Positions 9,765-19,921 are shown, counted from the stretch's first letter. The stretch is 64,000 bases of DNA from Chromatiales bacterium (GCA_024762475.1 JANTHJ010000001.1:24510-88509); one strand, 5' to 3'. Numbers and translations are program-made. Notes: generated by a model from the sequence alone, not told the origin.

Positions 9765-10811
9765 ATGAAGCGTGATTTGGCAAAAGAGCTGGTGCTGCCC
9801 CGCATCGAGGTGCCGAAGCATCCCGAATGGCCCCGCCTGGCGCCTGCCGAAAAGCAGGCACTGAAAGACCGTATCAAACAATTGTTAAAGGAACGCGACG
9901 GTGTCCTGGTGGCACACTACTACGTCGACGGCGACCTGCAGGCCCTGGCCGAGGAGACGGGCGGCTGCGTGGCAGACTCCCTGGAGATGGCCCGCTTCGG
10001 CGCGCGTAGCGACGCCCACACCCTGGCGGTATGCGGCGTGCGCTTCATGGGCGAGACGGCCAAGATCCTCAATCCCGAGAAGACAGTCCTGATGCCGGAC
10101 CTGAAGGCGACCTGCTCCCTCGACGAAGGCTGCCCGGCCGACCTGTTCAGTGAGTTCTGCGACCAGCACCCCGACCGCACCGTGGTGGTCTATGCCAATA
10201 CCAGCGCCGAGGTGAAGGCCCGGGCCGACTGGACCGTGACCTCGGGAATCGCCCTGGATATCGTCCGGCATCTGCACGAGAAGGGAGAAAAGATCCTGTG
10301 GGCGCCCGACAAGCACCTGGGACACTATGTGCAGCGACTGACCGGCGCCGATATGTTGCTGTGGGAGGGTGCCTGCGTGGTCCACGAGGAGTTCAAGGGC
10401 TTTGCCCTGGACCGCCTGCGCCGTCTGCATCCGAACGCCGCGGTGTTGGTGCACCCGGAATCGCCCGACGAGGTGGTCGATCAGGCCGACGTGGTCGGCT
10501 CCACCACGGCACTCATCAAGGCGGTACAGGAACTGCCCAACGAGGAATTCATCGTCGCTACCGACGATGGCATCTTCTGGAAGATGCACCAGCTGGCACC
10601 GAACAAGAAACTCATTCCTGCCCCCACCGCCGGGGAAGGCGCGACCTGCGAATCGTGCGCCCATTGCCCCTGGATGGCGATGAACGCGCTGCAGAATCTG
10701 GAGACCACCCTGCGCACCGGCGCCAACGAGATCCACATCGACGAGGCAATACGCGAACGGGCGGTGGGCTCCATCCAGCGGATGCTGGACTTCGCCGAAA
10801 GCCGGCGCTGA
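9765..10811 (+). CDS. nadA: Quinolinate synthase
   Basis: [42 protein letters not shown] motifs. Confidence 0.97.
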   Translation: MKRDLAKELVLPRIEVPKHPEWPRLAPAEKQALKDRIKQLLKERDGVLVAHYYVDGDLQALAEETGGCVADSLEMARFGARSDAHTLAVCGVRFMGETAKILNPEKTVLMPDLKATCSLDEGCPADLFSEFCDQHPDRTVVVYANTSAEVKARADWTVTSGIALDIVRHLHEKGEKILWAPDKHLGHYVQRLTGADMLLWEGACVVHEEFKGFALDRLRRLHPNAAVLVHPESPDEVVDQADVVGSTTALIKAVQELPNEEFIVATDDGIFWKMHQLAPNKKLIPAPTAGEGATCESCAHCPWMAMNALQNLETTLRTGANEIHIDEAIRERAVGSIQRMLDFAESRR

Positions 10812-10855
10812 CCGCCATGGCATAAGGTCCGGCCTTTCCCGAAAATGGGAAATCC

Positions 10856-11098
10856 ACCGCGAAGGGCGCCAAGGTACGCAAAGGTTCTACGGTCGATGGG
10901 CGGGATGAATTGAGCTCCGCAAGACCCATCGGGCGCGGTGCTCATCGGTGGGTTTCGCTTCGCTCAACCACACCCTACGCAGGCTGCCACCTGCAGATGA
11001 CGAAAAATACGCCGCGATAGGTGCCAAGGGTCGCAAATAAAATGGAAATGACAATAGCGACAATGAAGGCCTTTGCGTGGCTTTGCGCCCTTTGCGGT
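10856..11098. repeat. Cluster of 9-bp-periodic CGCMAAG-type repeats (copies at 10856-10884, 11011-11037 and inverted 11070-11098)
   Basis: accgcgaagggcgccaaggtacgcaaagg differs by one base from the reverse complement of 46263-46291. Confidence 0.75.
10947..10978 (-). repeat. GTAG-type REP element
   Basis: Minus strand reads GTAG-GGTGTGGTTGAGCG-AAG-CGAAACCCACC: a GTAG tetranucleotide plus imperfect palindrome, between convergent genes. Confidence 0.7.
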
Positions 11099-11120
11099 CA
11101 AATGTAGGCCCTGGAATCAG

Positions 11121-12179
11121 TCAGCCGGCCAGCCGCCGCGCCTCGACCAGCGCCTTGATCGCCTCGGCGATCTCACCCTCCGGGTGTGCCGCATCCAGTG
11201 CCAGCGCCTCCTCGGCCACCGCCCGCCAATGGGCGCGACCCTGCACCGCCAGGGTCCGCAGCGCCGATGGCTCGCGATCGATCCGCCACGCCTCATAGGC
11301 GGATTGCAGCGCCGGGAACAGCGCCTTGCGCATATGCCCGAGGTTGCCGATATAGGCGTGCAGCACCGCGCCGTCACCGAGGTCATCGAGGATCGCAGGG
11401 AGGGTCCGCAGGCAGTCAGCGAGATGATCCCGCACCGCCCGCAACATCAGCTCGGCCGGTGTGCCGAGCACCCGCAGCAACAGCCCCTCCCAGGCCTCCC
11501 CGAGCATCTGACCCGCCTGGTATTCGCCGATCTCGTGATCCCGCACCACCTGCATCTCGCGTTCGGTCATCATCTCCAGCGCCTGCTCCACGTCCCGCTC
11601 GAAGGGGTAACAGGCCAGTGCACGCCCCATCGCATTGTCGGGCCGGCTCCACAGCCAGGACTCGTACTTCTCCCAGAGCAACTGCTTCAGCGAATCGCGG
11701 CGCAGGAAGATGTCTCTGCCGCGTAACAGAGCGGGCGGCACATGCAGACCGCGCGCCAGCTCACGATCTCCGATCCAGAGATGGAAACCGTCCTCGCCCT
11801 CGACATGGTGGCGCAGCCGTGTGAGGAAGAACTGCGCCCGTCCCGAGTGCACGAGCCCGGCGCTGTAGAGGTAGCCGAGATCGGCAATGCGCAGATTGAT
11901 CCCGGCCACGTCGAAGGGATCGAGGCGATGCTCGCCGATCCGCAGGGCCTGGTAGTCCGCCCCGGCAAGGGAATCCCACAGGGCCTCGCGCCGGCTCAGC
12001 CAATCGCCCACTTCGTCCTTGTCGATCGGCGTGGCATAGGGCAGCCCCTGCTCCCAGCGGTAGTATTCGCGCATCTTCATCAGATAGGTGCACAGGCCAT
12101 AGTCGGTGCCGTGGCGGGCATCGCTGATGTGACAGTTGTGCTGGACCTGGGCAACCAGGGCATCGATCTCCAGGTTCAT
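11121..12179 (-). CDS. Conserved hypothetical protein (Sfum_1244-like)
   Basis: N-terminal VQHNCHISDARH...LCTYLMKMREYYRWE motif recalled for this family; good codon usage. Confidence 0.7.
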   Translation of the reverse strand: MNLEIDALVAQVQHNCHISDARHGTDYGLCTYLMKMREYYRWEQGLPYATPIDKDEVGDWLSRREALWDSLAGADYQALRIGEHRLDPFDVAGINLRIADLGYLYSAGLVHSGRAQFFLTRLRHHVEGEDGFHLWIGDRELARGLHVPPALLRGRDIFLRRDSLKQLLWEKYESWLWSRPDNAMGRALACYPFERDVEQALEMMTEREMQVVRDHEIGEYQAGQMLGEAWEGLLLRVLGTPAELMLRAVRDHLADCLRTLPAILDDLGDGAVLHAYIGNLGHMRKALFPALQSAYEAWRIDREPSALRTLAVQGRAHWRAVAEEALALDAAHPEGEIAEAIKALVEARRLAG

Positions 12180-12204
12180 GGCAAGGGTGCTCCTGCGGTT
12201 GTTT

Positions 12205-12221
12205 CCGAGTAAAATACTCGG
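12205..12221. promoter_or_regulatory. Perfect palindrome CCGAGTA-AAA-TACTCGG in a divergent intergenic region; candidate operator
   Basis: 7-3-7 inverted repeat between divergent starts at 12179 and 12255. Confidence 0.4.
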
Positions 12222-12254
12222 CTATTTAGCGAATGCCAAGGCGGGGAAATACCA

Positions 12255-12815
12255 ATGGCACTGAGGATCAAGAGTCGCTGGCACAATGACGAAGGGGAAC
12301 GCTCTCTCGAAGAGATCGCAGGGGCCCTGGCCTTCATCGCCTGGCGGATCGCCAAGGACAAGGCCATCAACCTGCACGGGGAGGACTTCGTCTACGAGAC
12401 CGACGAGCAACGCATGGCGGTGATCGTCGAGTACCTGATCTTCCAGCTGCAGATCGTGGACCGCATCGCCCATCTGAGACTGGGCCTGAACGAGGAAGAG
12501 CGGCGCCAGCTGGTCGTGACCCTGGCCAAGCACCTGGCCGGCCACCTGCAGGACAACTCGATCGACCTGTTCGGCCCCGGAGACTATGTGGGTCCCTTCA
12601 TCGAAAAGCTGAACCAACGGGGAATGGAATACGCGGATTTCAGCTACAGCGGAGAGGGACCCTCCTACCCCTTCTTCCGCCACCTGGGGTACGAGATCCA
12701 GCAGATCATGGGCGAGACCCAGGCCAACCGTTGGGTGATAGACCAGGTGATGGACAAGGACGGGCCGGACGTTGACCGCGAGGTTCGCCGGGCTATAGAG
12801 AACCTTTTCGAGTAA
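12255..12815 (+). CDS. Conserved hypothetical protein
   Basis: 186-aa ORF with clean codon usage, followed by a terminator. Confidence 0.8.
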   Translation: MALRIKSRWHNDEGERSLEEIAGALAFIAWRIAKDKAINLHGEDFVYETDEQRMAVIVEYLIFQLQIVDRIAHLRLGLNEEERRQLVVTLAKHLAGHLQDNSIDLFGPGDYVGPFIEKLNQRGMEYADFSYSGEGPSYPFFRHLGYEIQQIMGETQANRWVIDQVMDKDGPDVDREVRRAIENLFE

Positions 12816-12851
12816 CAGCCCAACGTCCGGAAGACCAAAGGCAGCAGACAC

Positions 12852-12877
12852 AAAAAAGGCGGCCGTGGCCGCCTTTT
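12852..12877. terminator. Bidirectional rho-independent terminator
   Basis: aaaaaaggcggcc-gt-ggccgcctttt between convergent genes. Confidence 0.85.
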
Positions 12878-12896
12878 CTCGAGATCGAAGCGTCGA

Positions 12897-13094
12897 TCAG
12901 CCCTTCACCCAGTTCCCGAAGTTATCGGTATTCTTTTCTTCGCCATCGGCATAACCAGCTTCATAGGCCTCGGTGATGCGCTGCTCTTCCCGCTTCGGGT
13001 TCTGCAGGAAGCCCGCCTGCCAGCCCTGGATGTATTCCTCGTCCACACCCATCTCTTCCATCTTGGTCACAGCGTCGTAGTAGAACTGGTTCAT
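12897..13094 (-). CDS. Alvin_2107-like small protein (family linked to sulfur-globule oxidation)
   Basis: 65 aa MNQFYYDAVTKMEEMGVDEEYIQGWQAGFLQNPKREEQRITEAYEAGYADG; GGAG RBS upstream; family recognised from memory. Confidence 0.75.
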   Translation of the reverse strand: MNQFYYDAVTKMEEMGVDEEYIQGWQAGFLQNPKREEQRITEAYEAGYADGEEKNTDNFGNWVKG

Positions 13095-13397
13095 ATCCGA
13101 TCTCCGATTGACAATCCAAGCCGCCCATTCGGTACGGCGCACAAAAAAGGGGCCCACAGAGCGATCCGCCGGCCAACGCCCCGGATCGAAGAAAGAGATG
13201 TTCGACCTGGGCGGCTCAAAAAAACGGGCATTAGAATAATCTAAAGTACTCACCCCTGACAAGGGCGCCAAAACGCGCGGCGTTCCGGCGCCAAGCCCGT
13301 GTGCTGAAGGGGGTTGAAACTTGGCGGCTGCCTCACCATGCTTGCCGGTTGGTCAGGTAGCAATACCTTCAATCCCCAGCGACGAAGTGGAGTCAAT

Positions 13398-14441
13398 ATG
13401 CGTCCGGCCCAACTGCTCACCATCCTGGACCGTGAATTTACCAGCACCCTCGAAGGCCACCATACACCTGTCATGCTCTGGGGCCCGCCGGGAGTCGGAA
13501 AGTCGGACATGATCCGCCAGACTGCCGAGCGGCATGGGGTGCCGGTAATCGACGTTCGGCTGTCGCAGATGGAGCCCAGCGACCTGCGTGGCATTCCCTT
13601 CCGCAGCGGAGAGCATGTTGAATGGGCCACCCCCGCCATTCTGCCGGACGCCCAGCGCCACGGCGAGCGCGGCATCCTGTTTCTCGACGAGATCACCTCG
13701 GCCCCGCCCAGCGTCTCCGCGGCCGCCTATCAATTGATCCTCGACCGGCGCCTCGGTGAATACCAGGTGCCCGAGGGCTGGGCCATCTTCGCCGCCGGCA
13801 ACCGCCAGGGCGACCGGGGCGTGACCTATACCATGCCGGCGCCGTTGGCCAATCGCTTCTCTCATTTCGACGTGGAGGCCCACCTCGACGACTGGGTGGC
13901 CTGGGCCTATCAAAATGGCATCGACGAAAAGGTGATTGCCTTTCTACGATTCCGGCCCGAACTGTTGTTCGACTTCGATCCGGCACACAACCCGATGGCC
14001 TTCCCTTCGCCTCGCTCCTGGGAGTTCGCCCATCGCAGCCTGCAGAAGTTTGGCAATAACCCGGAACTGCTACAGGGGACCCTGCAGGCCTGCGTGGGTC
14101 CGGCCGCCGGGATCGAGCTGACCGCCTTCGTCAACAGCCTGGACAAGATGCCCGACCTGGACGATATCGTGGCCGGCAGGGAGGTCCCCGTTCCCGAAGA
14201 GATCGACCTGCAATACGCCGTGGCCGCCGCGCTGGTGGGGCGCGCCATCCGCGCTGCCGACCAGCCCGAAGGGCAGACCGTGATCGGCCACATCCTCGAC
14301 TATGCCGGCACCTTTCCGCAGCGCGAGATGGGCGTGATGCTGGTCTCTGACCTGCACCGGGCCATCGGCGAGCAGCTGTTCCAGGTTCCCCAGTTCGGCA
14401 CCTGGGCGAACGCCATCGCCGACGTGATGTTGTATGAATAA
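13398..14441 (+). CDS. AAA+ ATPase (MoxR/dynein-related)
   Basis: Walker A GPPGVGKS, Walker B ILFLDE, AAGNR, LANRF, PSPRSWE. Confidence 0.92.
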   Translation: MRPAQLLTILDREFTSTLEGHHTPVMLWGPPGVGKSDMIRQTAERHGVPVIDVRLSQMEPSDLRGIPFRSGEHVEWATPAILPDAQRHGERGILFLDEITSAPPSVSAAAYQLILDRRLGEYQVPEGWAIFAAGNRQGDRGVTYTMPAPLANRFSHFDVEAHLDDWVAWAYQNGIDEKVIAFLRFRPELLFDFDPAHNPMAFPSPRSWEFAHRSLQKFGNNPELLQGTLQACVGPAAGIELTAFVNSLDKMPDLDDIVAGREVPVPEEIDLQYAVAAALVGRAIRAADQPEGQTVIGHILDYAGTFPQREMGVMLVSDLHRAIGEQLFQVPQFGTWANAIADVMLYE

Positions 14442-14449
14442 CCTTTTTC

Positions 14450-14476
14450 ACCACCAAGAGCGCAAAGAACACAAGG
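14450..14476. repeat. Degenerate copy of the 9-bp-periodic repeat family
   Basis: accaccaagagcgcaaagaacacaag immediately after the AAA ATPase stop. Confidence 0.5.
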
Positions 14477-14561
14477 CCTTCCCGGGCTGCTCCCCGAGGC
14501 CCTCTTGCCGGCGTGCGGCCACCGGCACCCCTCTCCTTCAACGCCCTCTTCGGTGAATGGA

Positions 14562-15917
14562 ATGGACCCGCAGAAGATCGAAACCAAGCTGGCCGCCGCG
14601 CGCACCAAGCTGATCCTTGACAAGCCGTTCCTGGGGGCATTGGTGCTGCGTCTGCCCATGGCCGCGGCCGACCCTGAATGGTGTCCCACCACCGCCACCG
14701 ATGCGCGCAAGTTCTATTACAACCCGGAGTACATTGCGTCACTGTCGCTGGATCAGACCCAGTTCATGCTCGCGCATGAGGCGTTGCACTGCGCCCTGTC
14801 GCATTTTGCGCGCCGCCAGCATCGCATCAAGCACCGCTGGGATCTGGCCTGCGACTACGCGGTCAATCCGCTGCTCATGGAAGACGGCCTGACACCGCCG
14901 CCCAACGCGCTGTTCATCCCCCAGTACCTCGGCATGACCGCCGAGGAGATCTATCCCTTGCTCGACGAAAACGACCAGACCGAGACCCTGGACCAGCACC
15001 TCTACGACCAGGACAACCAGTCGGGTGGTGGTCAGCAGGGCAGCAACGCCCGCCAGGACAAGGAGTCCGACCAGCAACAGGGGCACCGGCCCAGCGACGG
15101 CTCGGGGGAACCGGACCAGAACGAATCCGATGGCGACCGGCCGCTCGACGAGCAGAGCGACGAGCGCGAGGGAGAAGGCGGCCAGCCGCTGGAGAACCAG
15201 GCCGACCAGGGGGACGCGGAAAGCGACGAATCGGACGAACAACAGGAGGGCCAGGGCGCCCCGGCGCCCGATCCCCTCAGTGTGGAGGAGCGGGAGACGC
15301 TGGAGGTCCAGTGGCAGCAGCGACTCGCCGGGGCCGCGCAACAGGCGAAACAGGCCGGCAAGCTCGGCGGCAGCATGGCGCGCCTGGTCGATCACCTGCT
15401 CCAGCCCCAGCTCCCCTGGCGCATGCTGCTGGCCCGCTACATGACCGCCATGGCGCGGGACGATTTCAGCTACATGCGCCCCTCGCGCCGGGAAGGCGAT
15501 GCCATCCTGCCCTCGCTCAAGAGCTCGCAGATCGACATCGCCGTGGCGGTCGACACCAGCGGCTCCATCAAGGCCGCCGAGATCGAGGAATTTCTCTCCG
15601 AGATCGCCGCATTGAAGGGCCAGATGCGCGCCCGCGTCACCCTGTTGCCCTGCGACTCGCAATTGGCGCCAGGGGCGCCCTGGATCGTCGAGCCCTGGGA
15701 GGATTTCGACCTGCCGGAGCGACTCACTGGCGGCGGCGGGACCGACTTTCGGCCGGTATTCGACTGGATGGACGGGAACGGCATACAACCGGAGCTATTG
15801 ATCTACTTCACCGATGCCGAAGGCCGCTTCCCCGAACGGGAACCGAACTATCCGGTCATCTGGCTGGTCAAGGGAAAAGAGAAGGTCCCCTGGGGACAAC
15901 GGGTACAACTCAACTGA
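14562..15917 (+). CDS. DUF2201-type putative metallopeptidase + vWA domain protein
   Basis: HEALH (HExxH), acidic Q/D/E linker, MIDAS DTSGS, GGGGTDFRPVF, YFTDAEG; paired with the AAA ATPase. Confidence 0.88.
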   Translation: MDPQKIETKLAAARTKLILDKPFLGALVLRLPMAAADPEWCPTTATDARKFYYNPEYIASLSLDQTQFMLAHEALHCALSHFARRQHRIKHRWDLACDYAVNPLLMEDGLTPPPNALFIPQYLGMTAEEIYPLLDENDQTETLDQHLYDQDNQSGGGQQGSNARQDKESDQQQGHRPSDGSGEPDQNESDGDRPLDEQSDEREGEGGQPLENQADQGDAESDESDEQQEGQGAPAPDPLSVEERETLEVQWQQRLAGAAQQAKQAGKLGGSMARLVDHLLQPQLPWRMLLARYMTAMARDDFSYMRPSRREGDAILPSLKSSQIDIAVAVDTSGSIKAAEIEEFLSEIAALKGQMRARVTLLPCDSQLAPGAPWIVEPWEDFDLPERLTGGGGTDFRPVFDWMDGNGIQPELLIYFTDAEGRFPEREPNYPVIWLVKGKEKVPWGQRVQLN

Positions 15918-15954
15918 CAGCGGCCCCTGTGGCCGGACTCCACAACGGCATACC

Positions 15955-17412
15955 ATGCGCCCAACCAGTTTTCGCTCATTCTTCGCGGCCTTCTGCCTGA
16001 CCCTGCTGTTCAGTCTGCCGGCCGACGCCCTGGACACCCGCCTGCCCGACCTGGGCAGCAGTGCCGGCACCATCATGACACCGGAGGCCGAGCGCAAGCT
16101 GGGCAAGGCCTTCATGCGCAGCGTGCGCCACAACCAGGCGGTCCTCGACGACCCAGTCATCAACGACTACATCCAGGACCTGGGCAACCGCCTGGTGGAG
16201 ACCAGCGAAGCCAAAGGCTCACAGTTCCACTTCTTCGTCATCGACAACCATGAGATCAATGCCTTTGCCGGACCGGGCGGCTATATCGGCGTGTTCACCG
16301 GCCTGATCACCACCACCCAGACCGAGAGCGACCTGGCCGCGGTAGTGGCCCATGAAATTGCCCATGTCACCCAGAAGCACCTGCTGCGCGCCTGGGAGTC
16401 GGCCAGCAACATGACCATTCCCAATGCGGCGGTGATCCTCGCGGCGATCGCCATCGGCGCTGTGGCTGGCGGTGATGCGGGACTGGCCGCCGCCAGCGCC
16501 GGACAAGCGGCCTTTCTGCAGGAGCAGATCAACTTCACCCGCGCCAACGAACAGGAGGCCGACCGTGTCGGGATCGACATTCTGGCCAAGGCCGGTTTCG
16601 ACGCGAATGCCATGGCGGCCTTCTTCTCGCGGATGGGCAAGGCGAACCGGGTCTATGCAACCAAGCTGCCGGAATTTCTGATGACCCACCCGGTGACCAC
16701 CAATCGTATTGGAGACGCCATGGGAAGAGCAGGTCGGTATCCCTATCACCAGCCAAGCGACGACCTGCGCTATCACCTCGTCAAGGCGCGCCTGGGGCTG
16801 CGTGACGAGCCAGACCCGCTCGGCCGTGCCAACACCCTGAAGCGCCAGTTGGCCGAGGGTCGCTACCAGAACCGCGCGGCTGCCGAATACCAGCGCGCCC
16901 TGGCCCTCGAAGCGGGGAAGAAGCCGCAGCAGGCCGAAGTCATCCTGCAAAGGCTGCTGCATGACTTCCCCGAAACCGTGGAGTTCATTTACGAGAAGGC
17001 CCGCGTCGAACGGGCACAGGGCAAATCCGCACAGGCGCTCGATCTGTTGCGAAAATCGCTTGACCGCCATCCCGCCAGCCGTACCCTCGCACTGGCCTAT
17101 GCCGAGCTGGCAATGGCGCAGGGGAAGACCAAGCTGGCGATCGAACAACTGCGCCGATACCTGGACTATTCCCCGGACGATCCCCGGGTATATGAATTGC
17201 TGGCCCGCGCCAGCGGCGCCTCGGGGCACCCGACCGAGGCGCATCGCTATCAGGCAGAATATCATTACCTCAACGGCGATCTGGAAGAGGCCATACTGCA
17301 GCTGGAGATCGCCCTGCGCTCGCGCGCTCTTGGGTTCTACGAGAGCAGCCGCCTGGAATCGCGACTGGCAGAGCTGCGCCACGAGCTGAAGCGTCAGAAG
17401 CAACGGGAATAA
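15955..17412 (+). CDS. bepA: M48 metalloprotease with TPR repeats (BepA/YfgC-like)
   Basis: INAFAGPGG, AHEIAHV, FTRANEQEADR, LMTHP; signal peptide. Confidence 0.9.
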   Translation: MRPTSFRSFFAAFCLTLLFSLPADALDTRLPDLGSSAGTIMTPEAERKLGKAFMRSVRHNQAVLDDPVINDYIQDLGNRLVETSEAKGSQFHFFVIDNHEINAFAGPGGYIGVFTGLITTTQTESDLAAVVAHEIAHVTQKHLLRAWESASNMTIPNAAVILAAIAIGAVAGGDAGLAAASAGQAAFLQEQINFTRANEQEADRVGIDILAKAGFDANAMAAFFSRMGKANRVYATKLPEFLMTHPVTTNRIGDAMGRAGRYPYHQPSDDLRYHLVKARLGLRDEPDPLGRANTLKRQLAEGRYQNRAAAEYQRALALEAGKKPQQAEVILQRLLHDFPETVEFIYEKARVERAQGKSAQALDLLRKSLDRHPASRTLALAYAELAMAQGKTKLAIEQLRRYLDYSPDDPRVYELLARASGASGHPTEAHRYQAEYHYLNGDLEEAILQLEIALRSRALGFYESSRLESRLAELRHELKRQKQRE

Positions 17413-17730
17413 TCCCGGGTCTGCGGCGTCTTGATCAGAAGTCTCTCGACCAGGAAAGTATTGACGCAACTGATAAACGAACCCGATTCCGGAGAAAGGC
17501 GCTGCATCAGAATTTTATGATATGCAGTTGCTTGCAGAAATAGCGACACGCAGGGTTGCACCGTGAATTCAAACGGTTATGCTTGGCGCTACCCGAACGG
17601 GCCAGCCTATTCAGATAACAATATAACGGCCGCCGACATGGTCGACGCACGAGAATCGATCAGTCGGCAATATCGTTCGAGTTGACTTGAAACCTTAACT
17701 TCACCCCAAGCGAGCATAGGAGGACATGCG

Positions 17731-18105
17731 ATGCGGAACCCCGCAAGACACGCAACCATCGCTCTGACGCTGGCGGCGCTTTTCGGCGGTGCCAGTCTGA
17801 TGCCACAGGTTGCCTCGGCAGCAAAACACGAAGACAGGGTAGCCATGGGCAAGGAGGTTGCCTGGGACCGCAAGACGGGCAACTGCCTGGCCTGTCACAT
17901 GATGCCGGGCGGTAATCTGCCGGGCGACATCGGCCCACCCCTGATTGCCATGAAGGCCCGTTTCCCCGATCGCCAGAAGCTGTTCGACCAGATCTATGAT
18001 GCGACGAAGAAGAATCCGGAATCCCGGATGCCCCCCTTCGGCAAGCACAAGATCATCTCGAACGCCGACATCGACGCGATCATCGACTACCTGTATACCC
18101 TCTGA
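17731..18105 (+). CDS. soxX: Sulfur oxidation c-type cytochrome SoxX
   Basis: GNCLACH heme motif, GDIGPPL, MPPFG; signal peptide; first gene of the sox cluster. Confidence 0.93.
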   Translation: MRNPARHATIALTLAALFGGASLMPQVASAAKHEDRVAMGKEVAWDRKTGNCLACHMMPGGNLPGDIGPPLIAMKARFPDRQKLFDQIYDATKKNPESRMPPFGKHKIISNADIDAIIDYLYTL

Positions 18106-18151
18106 GCAGGGTGAGAACCGACGATTTCCTTAGTTTCCAGGAGAACGAGAC

Positions 18152-18628
18152 ATGAATACCGATACCAAACGCCGAGTCTTCTTGAAAGGCTCCCTTGCCG
18201 CCGGCACCGTGGGTGTGGCGGTTACCGCCGGCCTGCTGACGCCGCAGACCGTGCTGGCCGCCTGGCCCGAAAAGGCCTTCCACGCCAAGAAGACGGACGA
18301 GGCCCTGAGCAACTCCCTTGGCTCGGGCACGACCGAGGCCTCCGACAAGATCAAGATCAAGGCTCCCGATATCGCCGAGAACGGCGCAGTGGTCCCGGTC
18401 ACTGTGAGCAGCGACCTGCCCGGGGTGGAGAACATCGCCATCCTGTCCTCTGCGAACAACACGCCCCTGCTTGCCGTCTACAACCTTGGCAAGAACACCA
18501 TGGCAAACGTCTCCTGCCGCATCAAGATGGCCAAGACCGGCGACGTGATCGCTGTGGTCAAGAGCGGCGGCAAGCTCTATGCAAACCGCAAGAGCGTCAA
18601 GGTCACCATCGGCGGTTGCGGCGGCTGA
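18152..18628 (+). CDS. soxY: Thiosulfate carrier SoxY
   Basis: Tat signal RRVFLK; PDIAENGAVVP; C-terminal VKVTIGGCGG swinging arm. Confidence 0.98.
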   Translation: MNTDTKRRVFLKGSLAAGTVGVAVTAGLLTPQTVLAAWPEKAFHAKKTDEALSNSLGSGTTEASDKIKIKAPDIAENGAVVPVTVSSDLPGVENIAILSSANNTPLLAVYNLGKNTMANVSCRIKMAKTGDVIAVVKSGGKLYANRKSVKVTIGGCGG

Positions 18629-18676
18629 TAGCGCCCTTCAACCACGACGGCTCAATCGAATTCGAGGTAATTACCA

Positions 18677-18994
18677 ATGGCTAAAAGCTCAATCAAGATT
18701 CGCGCTAAGGCAAAGGGCGGCGTCACCACCGTCAAGTGCCTGATCAACCACCCCATGGAAACCGGTCTTCGAAAGAACAAGAAGACCGGCAAGATGATTC
18801 CGGCCCACTTCATCACCGACGTTGTGGCCAAGCACAACGATGCCGAGGTGCTGAGCGCTCAATGGAGTGGTGGCATCTCCAAGAACCCCTATCTTGCCTT
18901 CAAGTTCAGCGGCGGGGCCAAGGGCGACCCCGTGTCCATTGCCTGGACCGACAATCAGGGCAAGAGCGACTCTGCCACCGCGAAGATCAAGTAA
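18677..18994 (+). CDS. soxZ: SoxZ
   Basis: HPMETGLRK, IPAHFI, ISKNPY, WTDNQG. Confidence 0.97.
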   Translation: MAKSSIKIRAKAKGGVTTVKCLINHPMETGLRKNKKTGKMIPAHFITDVVAKHNDAEVLSAQWSGGISKNPYLAFKFSGGAKGDPVSIAWTDNQGKSDSATAKIK

Positions 18995-19057
18995 AGACCC
19001 ATTGATTCTGGAGATGCATAGGCATCTCCGGTCCACTCTGGGAGGAGATTTAAATCC

Positions 19058-19903
19058 ATGAAAATGAAAAAGCTCGCGATCGCCGCCCTTTGCGCCCTTG
19101 TGGCCAATGGCGCGTTCGCTGCGAAGAAGGCCACGGACACCACGCCCGAAGAAGACCTCAAGACCTATCGCGACTACTTCTTCAAGCGCTTCCCCGGTGT
19201 CCCATTGCAGGAGTATGCCAACGGCGTCTATGCCATCGACAAGGTATCTCGAGACAGCTGGGAGGCCATCGAGGAATTCCCGCCCTACGAGCCCATGATC
19301 GAAGAAGGCGAAACCATGTGGAATACGCCTTTTGCCAACGGCAAGACCTATGGCTCGTGCTTCAATGACGATCCTGCCCAGCGCAAGCACTTCCCCCGCT
19401 GGGACGATGAACGCAAGACGGTGGTGACACTACCGATGGCCATCAACGAGTGCCGCAGCAAGAACGGTGAGAAGCCCCTCAAGTACAAGAAGGGAGCAAT
19501 CGCCAACCTCCTGGCCTACATGGCCTACGAGTCACGGGGTCAGAAGACCAACGTCAAGATCCCCAACAAGGATGCGCTCGCGGCCTATGACAAGGGCAAG
19601 ACCGTTTACTTTGCCCGCCGGGGCCAGTTGAATTTCAGCTGCGCCTCGTGTCACATGCAGTCTGCAGGGCAGAAGGTGCGTGCAGACATCCTTAGTCCGG
19701 TTCTTGGCCATACCACCGGCTGGCCGGTGTACCGCTCCAAGTGGGGTGAGCTGGGGACCCTGCATCGTCGCTTCGGCGGCTGCATGAAGCAGATGCGCGC
19801 CAAGCCCTACAAGGCGCAGGGAGAGGAGTTCCGTGACCTGGAATACTTCCTCACCCACGTGAGCAACGGGATCGAGTTCAACGGCCCCTCGGCTCGCAAA
19901 TAG
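19058..19903 (+). CDS. soxA: SoxA cytochrome c
   Basis: RRGQLNFSCASCH; GHTTGWPVYR; RRFGGC active-site Cys. Confidence 0.97.
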   Translation: MKMKKLAIAALCALVANGAFAAKKATDTTPEEDLKTYRDYFFKRFPGVPLQEYANGVYAIDKVSRDSWEAIEEFPPYEPMIEEGETMWNTPFANGKTYGSCFNDDPAQRKHFPRWDDERKTVVTLPMAINECRSKNGEKPLKYKKGAIANLLAYMAYESRGQKTNVKIPNKDALAAYDKGKTVYFARRGQLNFSCASCHMQSAGQKVRADILSPVLGHTTGWPVYRSKWGELGTLHRRFGGCMKQMRAKPYKAQGEEFRDLEYFLTHVSNGIEFNGPSARK

Positions 19904-19921
19904 GCCCTGAGGCCACCGACC

